64,000 nt of DNA from Anthoceros angustus. Its lineage: Eukaryota; Plantae; Anthocerotophyta. The translations under genes were made by a program, and so were the position numbers. The notes under the pieces were generated by a model. It did not search any database. It worked only from the letters and a program-made list of their open reading frames with translations, and was not told the origin of the DNA. Location: positions 496,001 to 560,000 of the forward strand of contig MU008163.1 of the NCBI GenBank assembly GCA_010909165.1, read 5' to 3'. Of the stretch, positions 1 to 12,080 are shown piece after piece (positions within the stretch are counted from its first letter, which is position 1; each line of letters opens with the position of its first letter).

Positions 1-1960
1 GCAGCCCCAGCTCCTGCAGTATCGATATCACAGCAGCATTTTGGAATACTACCAGCAGCTCCAGAGCTCCAGCTCTGCCGCCGCAGCGTCTGTGGACCCA
101 GGAGCGTCCTGTGGCTGAAGATGCGGAGCTGCAGCGTCTTTGTCCGGCCGGGAGCGTAGTATGGCTGAAGATGCGGAGTTCGAGCGGGACCTGAACCTGG
201 GGCGATGGACTGACGAGGAACGCATGATGGGCGAGAAGGATGCTGAGTCGAATCGACGAGGACGGCAGCTACGGATCTTGATCCGTAGCGGGCGCCGCCT
301 CAGCCAGGCAGGGTGGGCTGGAGCTTCCACCCGGGTGCGTACTGGAGCACTCCATCCCTGGACTTCGTTGCAACACCTCCACTTTGCGCCGCATGTTGCT
401 GCAAGACTGTCAGCCGCTCCAGCCATGCCCCACAGGCTGGTAGTCGCATTTGTGCAAGACATCTTCCGCCCAATCCGCGGGCTGCAATATTTGTGGGGCC
501 ATGGAAGCTTTCATCTTCCTCCTCCCAGAGCCCGCACAATCTGTCTTCTGCACACATGCACGGGAAACATCTTTTAGCTAAAAGACTGCCGGGCGCACCA
601 TAACGCAACAAGCTGTCAACCTTGCAATCAAGTGCTGCACAAAACCCTGCAAACAACAGTCTTGTGTTCTTCTCCATGTGATCAAATCAAGACATGAGCA
701 AGATGACACCATATTCAAGTCTGTGAGCAAGAAGAAGGAAGAAAGCTACATATTACTCTGACACCTGTGACCTGTGTATAAAACACGTCTGCAAGTCCAC
801 AAAACTCAACACCAATCCACAACGTGACTCGTGAACGATTGTTACAAACTATGTGCATCCGTGTACGACATAGAGCTACCAGGCCCATGGCCGCATGCGC
901 AGCACAGCAACAAATAAATCACGAGTGCGAATAGCAGCCCAGCAGGCATGGCATAACAGCACAGCCGCCGCCGCATCAAATCCTCTACGGATGCGAGTTC
1001 ACGCATTGCAGCGCTACGCTACACAGGCACAGCACAAACACACCACTCCTGCGGAGCTACAAAAAAAGAGCACGGCAGAAACAGGCGGGGCACAACATGG
1101 AACGGACCTCACCTCAGAGGAAGGAAGCATCTGGACGTGGAGGCTGCAGATAGCCCTACGGGCCTGCGGTGGAGGCGCGGTCATTGATGCAAGCGGGATG
1201 TCGAGCTAACAGCCACAGCAGCCGCCTCAAGCAGCAGGCGGGGACATCCTCGGCATGCCCAGCAGTGCTGGATGCAAACCGGAACCGCTGCGGCAAGCGC
1301 TTGCAAGGTTCCGTAGGCTCGCTTACAAGACCAACGTCCAAGGTAGACCAGGAATCAACAGCCAGGTCCACAGAGGGAACTCTTTTTGCACAGCAAGGCA
1401 AGGGATAGCTTCACCACAGCGCTAGCTAAGCCGCTTGCAAGCTAGCGAGGACACCGCGGTTGCAGATTAACACAAGGCGAGGTGTTGGCTGGTGGAAGGA
1501 GGCTTCAAGGAGGAGTATGGAAATAGATTTGGCGAGGCAATCGACTAGGGCACGGACTACTCTGACTCAACACGTCACTAATCCTCTCACGATAGTAGTG
1601 TCGCACGGAGGAACTCTCACCCATTCCCACTCGGTCTCCGACACGATAGTAGTCTCGCGCGGAAGAACTCTCACCCACTCCCACTCGGTCTCCTGACAGG
1701 AAACAAGGTATGTACTCTCCCCCCAAAGCAAAACGTGGTCTCCCGCCCAAGAACTCCCACCGACCCCACTTGGCATTCACAACAGTTATGTCAGCGGCAG
1801 CCAGCTGGAACTTTCTTAGCGACCCCACTTGGCATTCACAACTGTTCTCCGCGGGAGGAGCCAGCTGGAACTTCAATAGCGAGTTTGAGAATAGAACGAG
1901 ATATATCTTGAGAGTAGCTCCGTAGGACATTTTATAGCGGGCGGTCACGTAGGCCTGTGA
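1..1960 (-). pseudogene. Copy 1 of an unidentified multi-copy spliced gene/repeat family ('family A'), running off the window start
   Basis: Homologous to 15830-19020 and 26054-28120 (inverted relative to them). On the minus strand there is a TATAAAA near 1935, a GTGAGG...CTCCGCAG intron near 1111-1048, and a frame 'MAPQILQPADWAEDVLHK...GHGWSG' shared with copy 2. Confidence 0.45.
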
Positions 1961-2331
1961 TCCGACTCAAGGGTGTTTGATCGTGAAGTTCTAATGAACT
2001 AGATGTCACTCCTTTAAAAAAAGGGAGGACTTCGTAGCGAGTTTTGTGTCTAAATGGTTGTAAAGAGTAGAAGAAAAGTTTTATTTTAATTTATATATTA
2101 TTAAAATATAATCTAATATATATTTTGTTATTACTTTTTAAAGAGTGATCATTAATCATTAAAGTGAACAGCAATTATAATGATCTAGTGTAGAATCATC
2201 TTTAAAAAATGTATTTGTATGATTATAATAATGACAATGCAATGTATTAAGTTGGAAGATATGCATGTGCGGAAGGGGGGGCAATATGGAATACCGAAGT
2301 CGTCACAGAGCCACAAAGGGTTTTATCAAGG

Positions 2332-2377
2332 GTGACATAAGAAGTTTTCCCATCTGGCGGAAAACTTCTTATGTCAC
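2332..2377. repeat. Perfect 19-bp inverted repeat (hairpin), 8-nt loop
   Basis: gtgacataagaagttttcc (2332-2350) pairs with ggaaaacttcttatgtcac (2359-2377). Confidence 0.9.
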
Positions 2378-2606
2378 ACACTTGACGACATCGCCGTGGG
2401 TGCGCACCGTACCTCGATGTCATCGAAGGTGTATCAAGATTCCTTTTAGGGTGCGATACACATGGTTTCTTTCTTAGGGTTGTCAGAACATCGGCCCTCG
2501 CAGATCCTCGCAAGCGCCCATCTGGCCATCAGTATGCCGTCAACAAATCGTCACCAGGACTTTGAGGCAAATAGCCTGGAGTAGCCATCCAGGCCTCATG
2601 CAACTG

Positions 2607-2703
2607 CAAAGCCAGATTGCTTTACGGATGGAGACTTCACGGGAGGATTACTTCAAAGCCAGATTGCTTTACGGATGAAGACTTCACAGGAGGATTACTT
2701 CAC
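2607..2703 (+). repeat. Direct tandem duplication, ~47-bp unit x2
   Basis: caaagccagattgctttacggatg(g/a)agacttcac(g/a)ggaggattactt occurs twice back to back. Confidence 0.85.
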
Positions 2704-3309
2704 GCACGGCTTGAACGTCTTCACTTGAATGTCTTACATATGCACATTCGGGGCCTTCGCGCGGCATGTTCGACATATATGTCCATGTGTGGTCCAGGCG
2801 AACCCTAAACATGTGTATGTATCACAGATACAGATACAGAAGGGGTAATCTCGCGCAGAGACCACACACGAGAGAGGCCAACGCGCCCAGGTAAACTGAG
2901 GCAATTTTGAATCTAATCTAGGACTCTTTAATCTAGGACTTCTAATCCTACTCTTCGTCTTACATTGGGCTCTAAGCTATGGGGCCGCATATTTAGGTTT
3001 TTAGTTTGTTTAGAGTCCATAATCATGGCGCTACGTTGTCTTCCTAAGGTGCTATGTCTTTCTAAGGTGCTGTCATTTACGTTGCTCTTGTGGTGTTTAG
3101 TGACGCTTTTATGTTGTGGACCTCCTGCTCTCCCTAGTTCTGACATACTTCGGCATTCGGGGATTTTATTCCCACAGTTGAGGTCCACCATAACCCCCTT
3201 GTGGATGGGGACAAACTCTATCCATACCCTTTATTCACAATTCTCTTAGTGGCCACTAGGAATTTACCCAACAATAACTTGGTCTTTGTGCCGATTTGGT
3301 CCTTCGCAA

Positions 3310-4345
3310 TCATTGCCACAAATAGCTGGTGGTGGTCGATCTTGCTTTCTCCGTGCTGGTGCACTCAAAGAGGAAGTGGGTTTCATCACCTACCCGTCTT
3401 TGGTCGCATCTTCTGCACAAACGTTGCTCTCTTGGCACTTGCCCTCTGCCTTTGATGATTTGAAGGTTTGAGGACCTCAATCGAAATCGAGCCAACTCTC
3501 GAACCATGTTGGCTGGAAGCGAAGTCTGCAGGTATTCTTGTGTGGTGTACTCATCCCCTTTGTGCACGCAGCTCACATAGTGCCTCATGTCTGTTGTCAA
3601 TGTGGTGGGTGACCACACCTTTTTCAGATAAGCATTATGAACATTGTCTTTAGAGATCTTCGCGTCCATAGCTGTGGGCAAATCCCACCTTGATAGCCAC
3701 CCTTTCATGTCCTTGAACCATCCTCGGCCTTTCAATAGGCTGGTTTCCCTTGACATCGCCATTGCAATTTTCGGTAGTCTGGACATGTCCATTTGCATGA
3801 TCCTAGATCTGAAGTTAACAGCTTGCTGCAAGGCATGGATTTCCAGCGGGAATGCCCCAACTTCTGCTTATATATTTGCTCGGCACATTTGCTTGCAGAT
3901 TCCCAAGTGCCATCGAAATCCATCCATGCGGTTTCAATGTCCTTCCACCGGTTTTGTGTGCATCCGGTCCCAGTTTTCTGACAAGATTGGGACAATGCAA
4001 GCGTTGAACACTGCAGAACATAGTTCTGTGAGACTTATGCTCCTTTTCCTCAGCTTGTTTCTCAAGGCACAGAGCCTACCTAATGCCTTTTGTGCCAACT
4101 CCACTCTGTTTACTCGTAGAAGCTTTGCTCTATGGATGTTGATTCCTAGGTATCTGTAGATAGGGACTGCTCCCAATTCATCTGTTCCATATTTCAACGG
4201 GATCCACCCTTTGAGTTTAGCGGTAAATGAAATGGTCTTCGTCTTGGCTATGTTCACCTTCAAGTACCTTTCTTCACAGAATTCATGAAGTGTGCTGAGC
4301 AATTTTCTCATCCCAATTTTTTTAGTAGATAGTAATGTCGTGAAA
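3310..4345 (-). mobile_element. Non-LTR retrotransposon (LINE) ORF2, 3' part: RT thumb and C-terminal CCHC zinc knuckle; degraded
   Basis: 'LKVNIAKTKTISF', 'YRYLGINI' and 'LARFRLRSSNLQIIKGR..PREQRLCRRCDQRRVGDETHFLFEC'. This C-terminus is typical of RTEX/L2-CR1-group LINEs. Frameshifted. Confidence 0.85.
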
Positions 4346-4369
4346 GCGCCCACGGGAGGAAAAAGACTG

Positions 4370-5382
4370 GGTGAAGGGACTCTCACCGGCGTCCGGGACT
4401 CTCCCGATCCGGCGTCAGGACTCTCGATCCGGCGTCCGGGACTCTCCCGATCCGGCGTCGGGACTCTCCCGATCCGGCGTCGGGACTCTCCCGATCCGGC
4501 GTCCGGGATCGCCTTTTGTGGCAGCCAAGTCTTGGCTGCTGGCACTTAGTCTCTCAGCCACTAGCTGGTTGAGGTTTTGCTAGTTCAAGTTCTTAAGTCT
4601 CTTTTTACATGTCTAGTTTCAAAATAGCTTATGTTAGTTGTTTCATAGGCTGATTGGCGGATTTCACACTGGAGGAGATGGCAGCGCTTGTGAGGCTAAG
4701 AGGAGGGCTAGGGCAGAGAACAGCAGTTGTTGAAGTCGCGCCCTAGCAGCGCTGTGTCCAGGAGAGTTCTCCTGCAATCCCTTTGAGAACATTATCAAAT
4801 CTGAATGGAATCTTGTGATTTGAGTGTTTGAGGGTGTGGGGATTGATGGGCGCAGCTGATTGCGTGATTTCTAACTCCTAGCCAGGCAAACTGCCTGGCC
4901 CCTCACGTTTTTGAGCAGCATGCAATCCGCAATGTGGCTCAAATCATCTGGGGTAGGGAAGATGTTCATTTTGCTGCATCTGCTGATTTGGTTTTGGCTG
5001 AGTCCGCTAATTTTGTGCTTTCGAAATCCGGTGCTAATGAGGCAGCTTTGTGTTGTGATAATTTGCAATGTGCTGTTCAGGTTGGTGCAACCCTCAACAC
5101 TCATGTAAGTGGTTCAAGTCTAGAGAAATCAGACCTGTATGAATGTGTGTGTGATTGGGGACTTCCAGGACTGTCCCAGTCCCAGCAGTCCCATATGTGC
5201 AGGTGGCTAACACTCTCAGCGCCCCAAATACTTGGGACTCCCGGGACATGCCTCTACAGGGTGGCAGCCCTGTCATAAATGGCAGGCCATCCACGACTAA
5301 ATTAGTCCCGAGTGTCCCAGCCATGAGGGACTCTAGCAATCCCGGTGCCCCAAAGACTCGGGACACTTTCTTTGCCTTCACC
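4370..5382. mobile_element. ~1-kb insertion splitting the LINE RT; possible non-autonomous DNA transposon
   Basis: Unrelated to LINE coding sequence. Short inverted ends GGTGAAGG (4370) / CCTTCACC (5375-5382), GGGAC/GTCCC motifs clustered at both ends. No TSD seen. Confidence 0.4.
4376..4506 (+). repeat. Minisatellite, ~22-bp unit gggactctcccgatccggcgtc, ~6 copies
   Basis: Directly visible tandem units with small indels. Confidence 0.9.
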
Positions 5383-7103
5383 TCGCATGACAGTAATACC
5401 AGATCGTCTGCAAAGAGTAAGCATTTGATAAGGGTATCTTGGACTTGCGCTGGGTGAGTTCCTTTGGTGCTCTCGATGCATTGTTGGAGCCCTTATATGT
5501 ACAGAAAAAACAAGAGTGGGCTGAGGGGGCACCCTTGTTTCACACCAGCCACGCTTTGAATAGCTCTAGTTCTCTTGCCACCCACCTCTATCCGAACCTC
5601 ATTGTATTGGTATGCCAACTGGGAAGCCCTTATCATTTGCTTTGATACCCCTACTTGCTTGGGCACCTCCCATAGCATGTTCCTTGGCACTGTGTCGAAT
5701 GCCTTGTGGAAAGCTACAAAGCAAAGGTGGAGTACTCTTTTGCTTGCCTTGTGTTTGTCAATGATTGACTGCAGGGTCATTATGTGGTCCTGGCGGCTCA
5801 TACCCTCTCTGAACCCTGCTTGGCATGTATTCGGCCCCTCTAATTTTTCTTCTCGAATCCTCACTTCGCAACACATGGAGTAAACCTTATAGAACAGGTT
5901 GTTTATGACTATCAACCTGTAGTTGTTCGTAATCATCCTGTCTCCTTTTTTGTGTATGGGCCTTGCTGATGATTTACCCCAAGCAGTTGGAAGCACTCCG
6001 GTATGGAAGATTTTTGTGAAAAGCATTGCCAGCAGCTATGGTAGCTGTGTGTCCAGTAGTGCCTTCGCAACCTCTGCAGTTAGGCCCGCCCTGTCAGCTG
6101 CCTTGCCGTTTTACAGTCTATTGACTGTTGATTTCACTTCGTCTGCTGTGAATCTGAAACCTGGGTCGGCTGGGACTAGGTCACACGCAGTAGCGTGCTG
6201 GACATCCGTTGATTCAAACAGCAGCTTGCCATATTTCATCCATTCATCCATGTCTGTTAACGGGCACACTGCTTTCCTCCCTCTTATCACTTGCCAGAAT
6301 TTTCTTGGGCTCCTTTTCATATGCTTCAGCATGGCGCAGTTGTGATTCATAATGAATGCTTGTCTACGCCTCCTGCACAAGTATTTGTACTTCTTCTTTG
6401 CTTGTAGTACCCTGTGTGCTGATGAGTCCTCTTATTGTAGGAGTTGTTCCCATTCGTCTCTTGCATGTTTATAGTCCATAGAGAACCACAGTGGCAGCCC
6501 CAAGGATAGTGGCAGTCCATTCATTTTACCTCTTATGCATTTCCTCATGGAGGCTCTGAAAGCTTATTGGAGGTCTTCTGCATCCGCGTTTGTTGATCTT
6601 CCCTCAAATCCTATTCTCCTTATGATATGCTTAATTCTCCCTTCTATGTTGCTGGCTAGCCTCAACTTTGTTGAATTTGTTATTTTGAGCGCTCTTCGTC
6701 TCTTCCTTGTTTTTTTCCTCTTCCTCTCCTATTTCACCGTTGATTGTACCCATGCAATGAGCGGCCTATGGTCGGATTTTGGGATTGAGTGGCCAACTTG
6801 GAAATCTGCAATCGCGTCACAGTGTGCAGGCTTGATGCACAAGTAATCGACTGTGTTGTTCTTGTCCATGATTGCTCTTGTCTGCTCTCCCTTAGCCCTA
6901 TTTTTCTTTTTTCGCTCATTTTGTTGATGGAACGTGAACTTGCCAGTTCCCGGAAATAATCCAACGCCGTTACATATCACCATCTCCAGTGCTTCTAGCA
7001 TTGCCATGAATTCTGAATTGTGCCCTCCGCTTTTTGTGTCCTTACTGACCCTCTTCCATTTGCCATCGGGGTCTCCAGACCTGTGGTCTATGTCCACTTG
7101 CAT
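5383..7103 (-). mobile_element. LINE ORF2, 5' part: APE endonuclease C-terminal half and reverse transcriptase; pseudogenised
   Basis: 'TVDYL...SDHRPL' (APE end); 'PIHKKGD...NYRLI', 'QAGFR', 'FHKAFDTV', 'GVKQGCPLSPLLF' and 'LLFADDLVLLS' (~5390-5425). Confidence 0.92.
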
Positions 7104-7310
7104 ACTGCTTGTTCTTGTGTTGCTATCCAGGAATAGACATGTGTTCCCTTTCTGTTGGTAGTTTGAGATGTGCTCTCCCAGAGTATAGAAGAGTTCTCTA
7201 GGCTCGTGGGTATTGTCTCGTGTAATATACTTAAATAGATCACTTTTATATCACGATGTACGATATTCGAAGACTACTTGTAGCTTGAGTCCGGCTTCCG
7301 GTGGTTGAGG

Positions 7311-8070
7311 TTACACACCACTTGTATTCCATCCTCGCTCGATTTGGGAGTTCACGTTTTGCAGAAGATGGAGCATCCCGTTCATACGGCGTGACCCCAT
7401 ACTATAATTGCTAGTCAAACTGTGGCTCACTAGACCCCAGGGATCCCTTCTTATCATCTGCTGGAATAGCCATTCTTGGTAAGGGAGATCTCTCTCCACT
7501 GTCAACGACCTTCTTGATTTCTCTCCTATGATTGGTCCAAGTCCTAGAATCATTTTTGCTTGCTCTACTGTGCGCATTTTGATAACCATAGGTCTAGGAA
7601 AACAATACCCGTCCTGAGGGGGAGGTACAGGCTTGTTCTTGTTGTGGAGCCTTGGCCACCTTCTTCTTCCAATGGGGGTTCTCCAGACTCCAAAAATCAG
7701 AACTCGAGGTCCAACACCGGAGCAAAGAACATGCGACGCGTTCACGGGACTTCAATGTAAGAATGAATGGGTTCTGGGAACCCGTCAGCGAGGAGCATAA
7801 CCCATGCATGGTTGTTGGCGAGGTAAAGAAGTGGTTAGAGACAAATCTGGGCATATTGGGAGCCTTTATAGATGGTAAGAGTTGAACCCGATGATGAGAA
7901 AAACATCCACCATGGAGGTCAGGGCTCGGATGGCAGAGTCAACTCACTCTCCCCGCCTAGGGAGTATACCAACATGGTCCCTTGGAGCTCCCCCGCTCTA
8001 CAGAGACCACCGGCAATTACATATCAACCAACAGCTGTACCAACGTGGCACCTTTTCCACCGTTGATTGG
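7311..8070 (-). mobile_element. LINE ORF1 remnant
   Basis: 'PRPMVIKMRTVEQAKMILGLG...LTVERDLPYQE' resembles the RRM-type ORF1 of L2/CR1/RTEX LINEs and lies upstream of ORF2 on the same strand. Confidence 0.6.
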
Positions 8071-8329
8071 AGTTTCCCAATTCCTCTTATACTAAGATGC
8101 TATTTCCCCCTAGTTTCCTAACGGCCCAATCTAGCTTCTAATTTCCTATTCTGACCCATTTATCTAGTCCACTAAAGTCTACATATATAGCTATCATACC
8201 CTGCCTTAATCCTATGCTTCCTACTTTGGTTAGTTGTCATATATGCTACCTACTTGCCTCACCACAAGGCCGTTTTGACCCGTTTCTTCTTCCCTAAATA
8301 TCCTACCTACCATCCTAACAGTATCCTAC

Positions 8330-9205
8330 AACTTCAGCTTCAAAAGAATCGAAAAAGCTTTGGCATGTTTCCTCAAAACCATTTCTAACCAAAAAAATTC
8401 GGACCTGTTCCAAAACAAACCAACTTAAACCAGTGGCCCAAACTTTTGCTTTCCACATCTGAGTTCGGCGAAAGCAAACGTATCCAATGTTGGACACCAG
8501 AGGAGGATGAGCCTTGTATACAAGAGCAGAACCCAATTTTTGAGATGGGCCAAGGAGAGGAGCACGGGAACCTGGAACTCAAGTTCGACAATGCTGTCAC
8601 TGCTAGAGCAGATGCCTACATAATTGAGAGCACAATCCCCCAGGTAACTAACTGCAAGCTTGCCCTATTTACAAGCAACAAAGATTTCACGAGTATAATG
8701 TGATGCTATCATGTGGACCACCAGCTAATATGCCACTTTGCATGTAACAGCTGTGGAGGCAGCTTTGGCCTCATTGATAGCACAAATAGAAGCTCGGCTC
8801 ACAGAACACAAACAAAAGATAGTGAAGCATGAAGGCAGGCTGCTAGAACAGGAGGAACAAATGAAGGCCATGGCAGCACAGATAAAAGCGGATCTGGCCA
8901 GAAAGAAAAAGGACAGGGATGAATTCTTAGAGGCCTTGGACCTCCGCGACTCGATGGCGGTGGCACTAAAGAAGGAAGTGGCTGGTCTTACAAACAAGGT
9001 GAAAGAAATGGAAAATCGATTCTGCGGACCAAATAGAGTGAGGTCAACGGTGTTGCCATGGGCCTTAACAAGAAGATGGATGACATGACAGCGAACATGG
9101 GGCAAGAGGACAACAACATGCAGCAGTTGAGGGATACCACTTGGGCACTAAAGGCATCATCCAACCAACAAGCAAGCCACTTCAAGTCAATATTAGCAAA
9201 GTTTT
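8330..9205 (+). mobile_element. Degraded coiled-coil ORF fragment, probably retroelement-derived
   Basis: 8738-9088 'AALASLIAQIEARLTEHKQKIVKHEGRLLEQEEQMKAMAAQ...' is a heptad-rich frame between TE fragments with no recognisable host-gene motif. Confidence 0.35.
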
Positions 9206-9915
9206 CAGAGGGATCTTCCACCTCCTCGTCCACAGTTTGATGTATACAGGGCCTGTTGCTTGCCTGTACGCCTGTGGCTGCTCCTGCTGGCTTCCTCTTG
9301 GATCATAGAGCTAACAAGCTCTGAAAATGACATATCTGGCATTTCCACACCCTGTTTCTTGGCTGACAGTGTAGCCTGGGCTTGTGCAGCAATATGTAAT
9401 GTCACGAAATGTGACCAAGATTCAGGAAGTGAGAGGAGGAGTCGCATGACCAGTTCTTCATCCTTCATGATGATTTTTGAGGCACCTTCCAGCTTTGAAG
9501 CGATGGTCCTGAAGGTGCTGATGTGTTTCTGCACGGAATCCCCATCTTTCATTCTGTAGTTCTGGAAGTTACGCATTGCTGTCATTGTACTGACCACATT
9601 GGATCCTGCATAGAGATCTGAGAGACGGGTCCAAATCTCGGCCGAAGTCTTTGCCCCACGAGTCTGCCTCAACATCTCGGATGTTAGGCCACTGCCTATG
9701 AGGTATTTGGCTGCGGTGTCTTTAGCTAACCATTCTTCGCCAGATTTACCCTCTCCAGGGTGCTCTATCTTTTCGGTTGCATATTTCAGCAGGTTCCTCA
9801 CTTCGAGGATACCCTCCATCCGGATTACCCAATTGTCGTAATCAGTGCCATTGACCCTGTCCTTCTCCTTGAAGGAATCACCAGCAACGCCAGAGGATGA
9901 TGCTGTATCACCCAA
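9205..9915 (-). mobile_element. Ty1/Copia gag (UBN2-type), truncated at the 3' end
   Basis: 'NGTDYDNWVIRMEGIL', 'AKTSAEIWTRLSDLY', 'MKDGDSVQKHI', 'LLLSLPESWSHFV'. Confidence 0.9.
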
Positions 9916-10006
9916 TTTGTGGTTTTTGTGTTTCCTCTAGAACAAATTCGTCCTCCACTGTTTCTGTGGTTTCCTAATCACTGTCTACTGCGTCCATATG
10001 ACTAAC

Positions 10007-10711
10007 TTACAGTGCATGTTGGTTGTGGTGCTGCAGGGTTTGATCCCAAACAGCCCTACGAGCTGCAATTCTAGAGCTTCTCATCTCAAACTTGTTATAT
10101 GCATAAGTTAAGCATGAAGGGCAAGAGTTGGGTGAGTCAAATTTCCTTTCGTGATTGGTTTTGCTCACGTGCTTGCAGTCTGTATTTTTGAATGCTGGAT
10201 GACTAACCAGTTCAGGTTTCAATAGCATCACTAGCTTGTAATCTATATGAACAAGTTGTTCCTTCAAGTCTTGGAGATCAATACTGGTTGTGGAAACATG
10301 GCCAGTAATTTGATTGCATCTCGTTTCAACATTCCTGTTGTTAGCCTCAAGATGTTGAACAAGTGTGTTTACACTGATTTGTGATGCAGCGCCAGTTGTG
10401 AGGAAGCGGCGGTGGTGATCATTTTCAGCAAATGGTTGTACCATGTGCGCTTCAGATTGTTGTTGCCTTGGGGGAAGTGTGAACGTCAGATCAAGCTCTT
10501 GTGGAAACAACACTTCAACAATTGTGTTGAATGCTTCTTTCAACCCTTCAATTTGTAGCGGTTGAGTTCGGTGTCTGTGGCTCCATTCTTGGACGCGCAC
10601 ATGTAGCTGATTAGCTAAAGTTAGCCTATCAAGGACTCTGTACCGATTCTGCCTATGGATCTGATTATTGGCACGCCTAGCAGCTTCTGCAGGCTCTAGG
10701 ATATTTGCCAT
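10007..10711 (-). CDS. Intact 234-aa extra ORF upstream of Copia gag (coiled coil plus CPSC motif), function unknown
   Basis: ATG-to-stop open frame between the PBS/leader and gag. A diverged homolog sits at the same position in the element at 36574-39577. Confidence 0.75.
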   Translation of the reverse strand: MANILEPAEAARRANNQIHRQNRYRVLDRLTLANQLHVRVQEWSHRHRTQPLQIEGLKEAFNTIVEVLFPQELDLTFTLPPRQQQSEAHMVQPFAENDHHRRFLTTGAASQISVNTLVQHLEANNRNVETRCNQITGHVSTTSIDLQDLKEQLVHIDYKLVMLLKPELVSHPAFKNTDCKHVSKTNHERKFDSPNSCPSCLTYAYNKFEMRSSRIAARRAVWDQTLQHHNQHAL

Positions 10712-11066
10712 GGCTTTGAGCCAGGATTGATGTAACTAGGATGCAGGCGTTGTGCATCTTAGAAATTCTTTTATAAAACTATATACAATTTTGCCTATTA
10801 GGCAGTTGTTCTAGTGCATCTGCATGGAATTGTAAAAATTGACAATTTCAATGAAGGTGCATTAGAAAATCTGCTTGATACAGCACGAATTTGTATATGA
10901 TTTTCTTAAAAGAAAACGTCAGAAACTATTTTCTTGATCATCTTCTAGTTTCTTTCTTTTGACTTCATTTTTCAAAATAAGAAAATAACAGAAGATAAAT
11001 TCATGCACATCTTCTAGTGCAGAATTTTTATGTGCATCTTCTTAGATGCTTTCTATATAGTATCCT

Positions 11067-11310
11067 GCTCTGATACCATGAAGATTTACATGGATTATGT
11101 AGAACAATTACAACATTAAGTAATTACATATACATTGATAATCAAGAAAGAGTTAAAGTGCTTATGAGAAAAGACAACTTAAACTAAATCTAAATGATGT
11201 GTCTATCCATATAGAGTCGCAACCCTAATGAAATGGCACTTAACCTAACTCAACATAACTTAGGATTATTTATCAACCAAACCCTTAAACCCTTAGTCAT
11301 GATATCAACA
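11067..11310 (-). mobile_element. Copia tRNA-iMet PBS (11067-11078) and ~232-bp 5' LTR (11079-11310)
   Basis: Minus strand reads TGGTATCAGAGC directly after an LTR ending CA. The LTR start TGTTGATA is inferred at 11310. Confidence 0.8.
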
Positions 11311-11329
11311 TAATATCAATAGGAATTCC

Positions 11330-12080
11330 CATCATTTGATGGGTGGCTGAGGGAGAGGCACCCCGTCACCCTACCATAGTAGGCGGTCGTCTGTGGTAGG
11401 CCCCACCGCAGTAGGGAAGCCTGGCCCGGTAGGCGGGCAGCCAGTAGGAAAGGAAAGGAGGCGTAGCAGCTGCCCAGCTCAGGCGCCAAGGGCGCCAAGG
11501 GCGCCAAGGGCGCCAAGGCGGAGGCGAGGCGGAGGCGGCAGTGCGGGGTCTACCCCATCGCAGTGGCTGTGGAGGTCACCAACGCAATGCTACGGCTGTG
11601 GACGCCCCCAGCCAAGGCAAGAGGCCGGAGGGTCCAAGGGCGGAGGGGTTTGGATTGGGACCTCTAGGAGAATTGCTAAGTGTCTGTGAGACACTTAGTC
11701 GGGTGGATTTGAAGAAGGCAAGGGAAATGGCAGCCTCCCTCCTGGCATGTCAAGAGGAAGTCAGGGCGAATAAGGCCCGGGAGATGGAGGAAAGACAAGC
11801 AGGGACCCGATGGCAACTTTAAGCCATGGAGTTCGACGAGAAAGCTGTGAAGTTGGAGAAGATCGTGGAGAAGCTCCAATAAGACATCTTGGATCACAAG
11901 CAGACAGAGAAGACCCTGGAAGGGAAGCTGTCCCAATTGGAAGAGAGGGCCCTCCGATCCACCAATCATAGAGATACATGGCGGCAGAAGGCGCAGGACC
12001 ATTATGCCCAACTGGAGCAGGAGCGACGAGTGAAATCCGAGGCTCTAGGGCACCTACGGTGGACTCCTTACCACTGAGGC
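11330..12080 (+). mobile_element. Degraded coiled-coil ORF of a probable Gypsy-type element
   Basis: 'REMAASLLACQEEVRANK...KLSQLEERALRSTNHRDTWRQKAQDHYAQLEQE', with stops. A similar type of ORF lies at 36060-36573/39578-40400. Confidence 0.4.

Noticed and set aside
6417-6460. CTGATGAGTCC... resembling a hammerhead ribozyme core
   Set aside because: No GAAA after stem II, and it lies within LINE ORF2 (antisense). Other CTGATGA hits I checked also lack the core.
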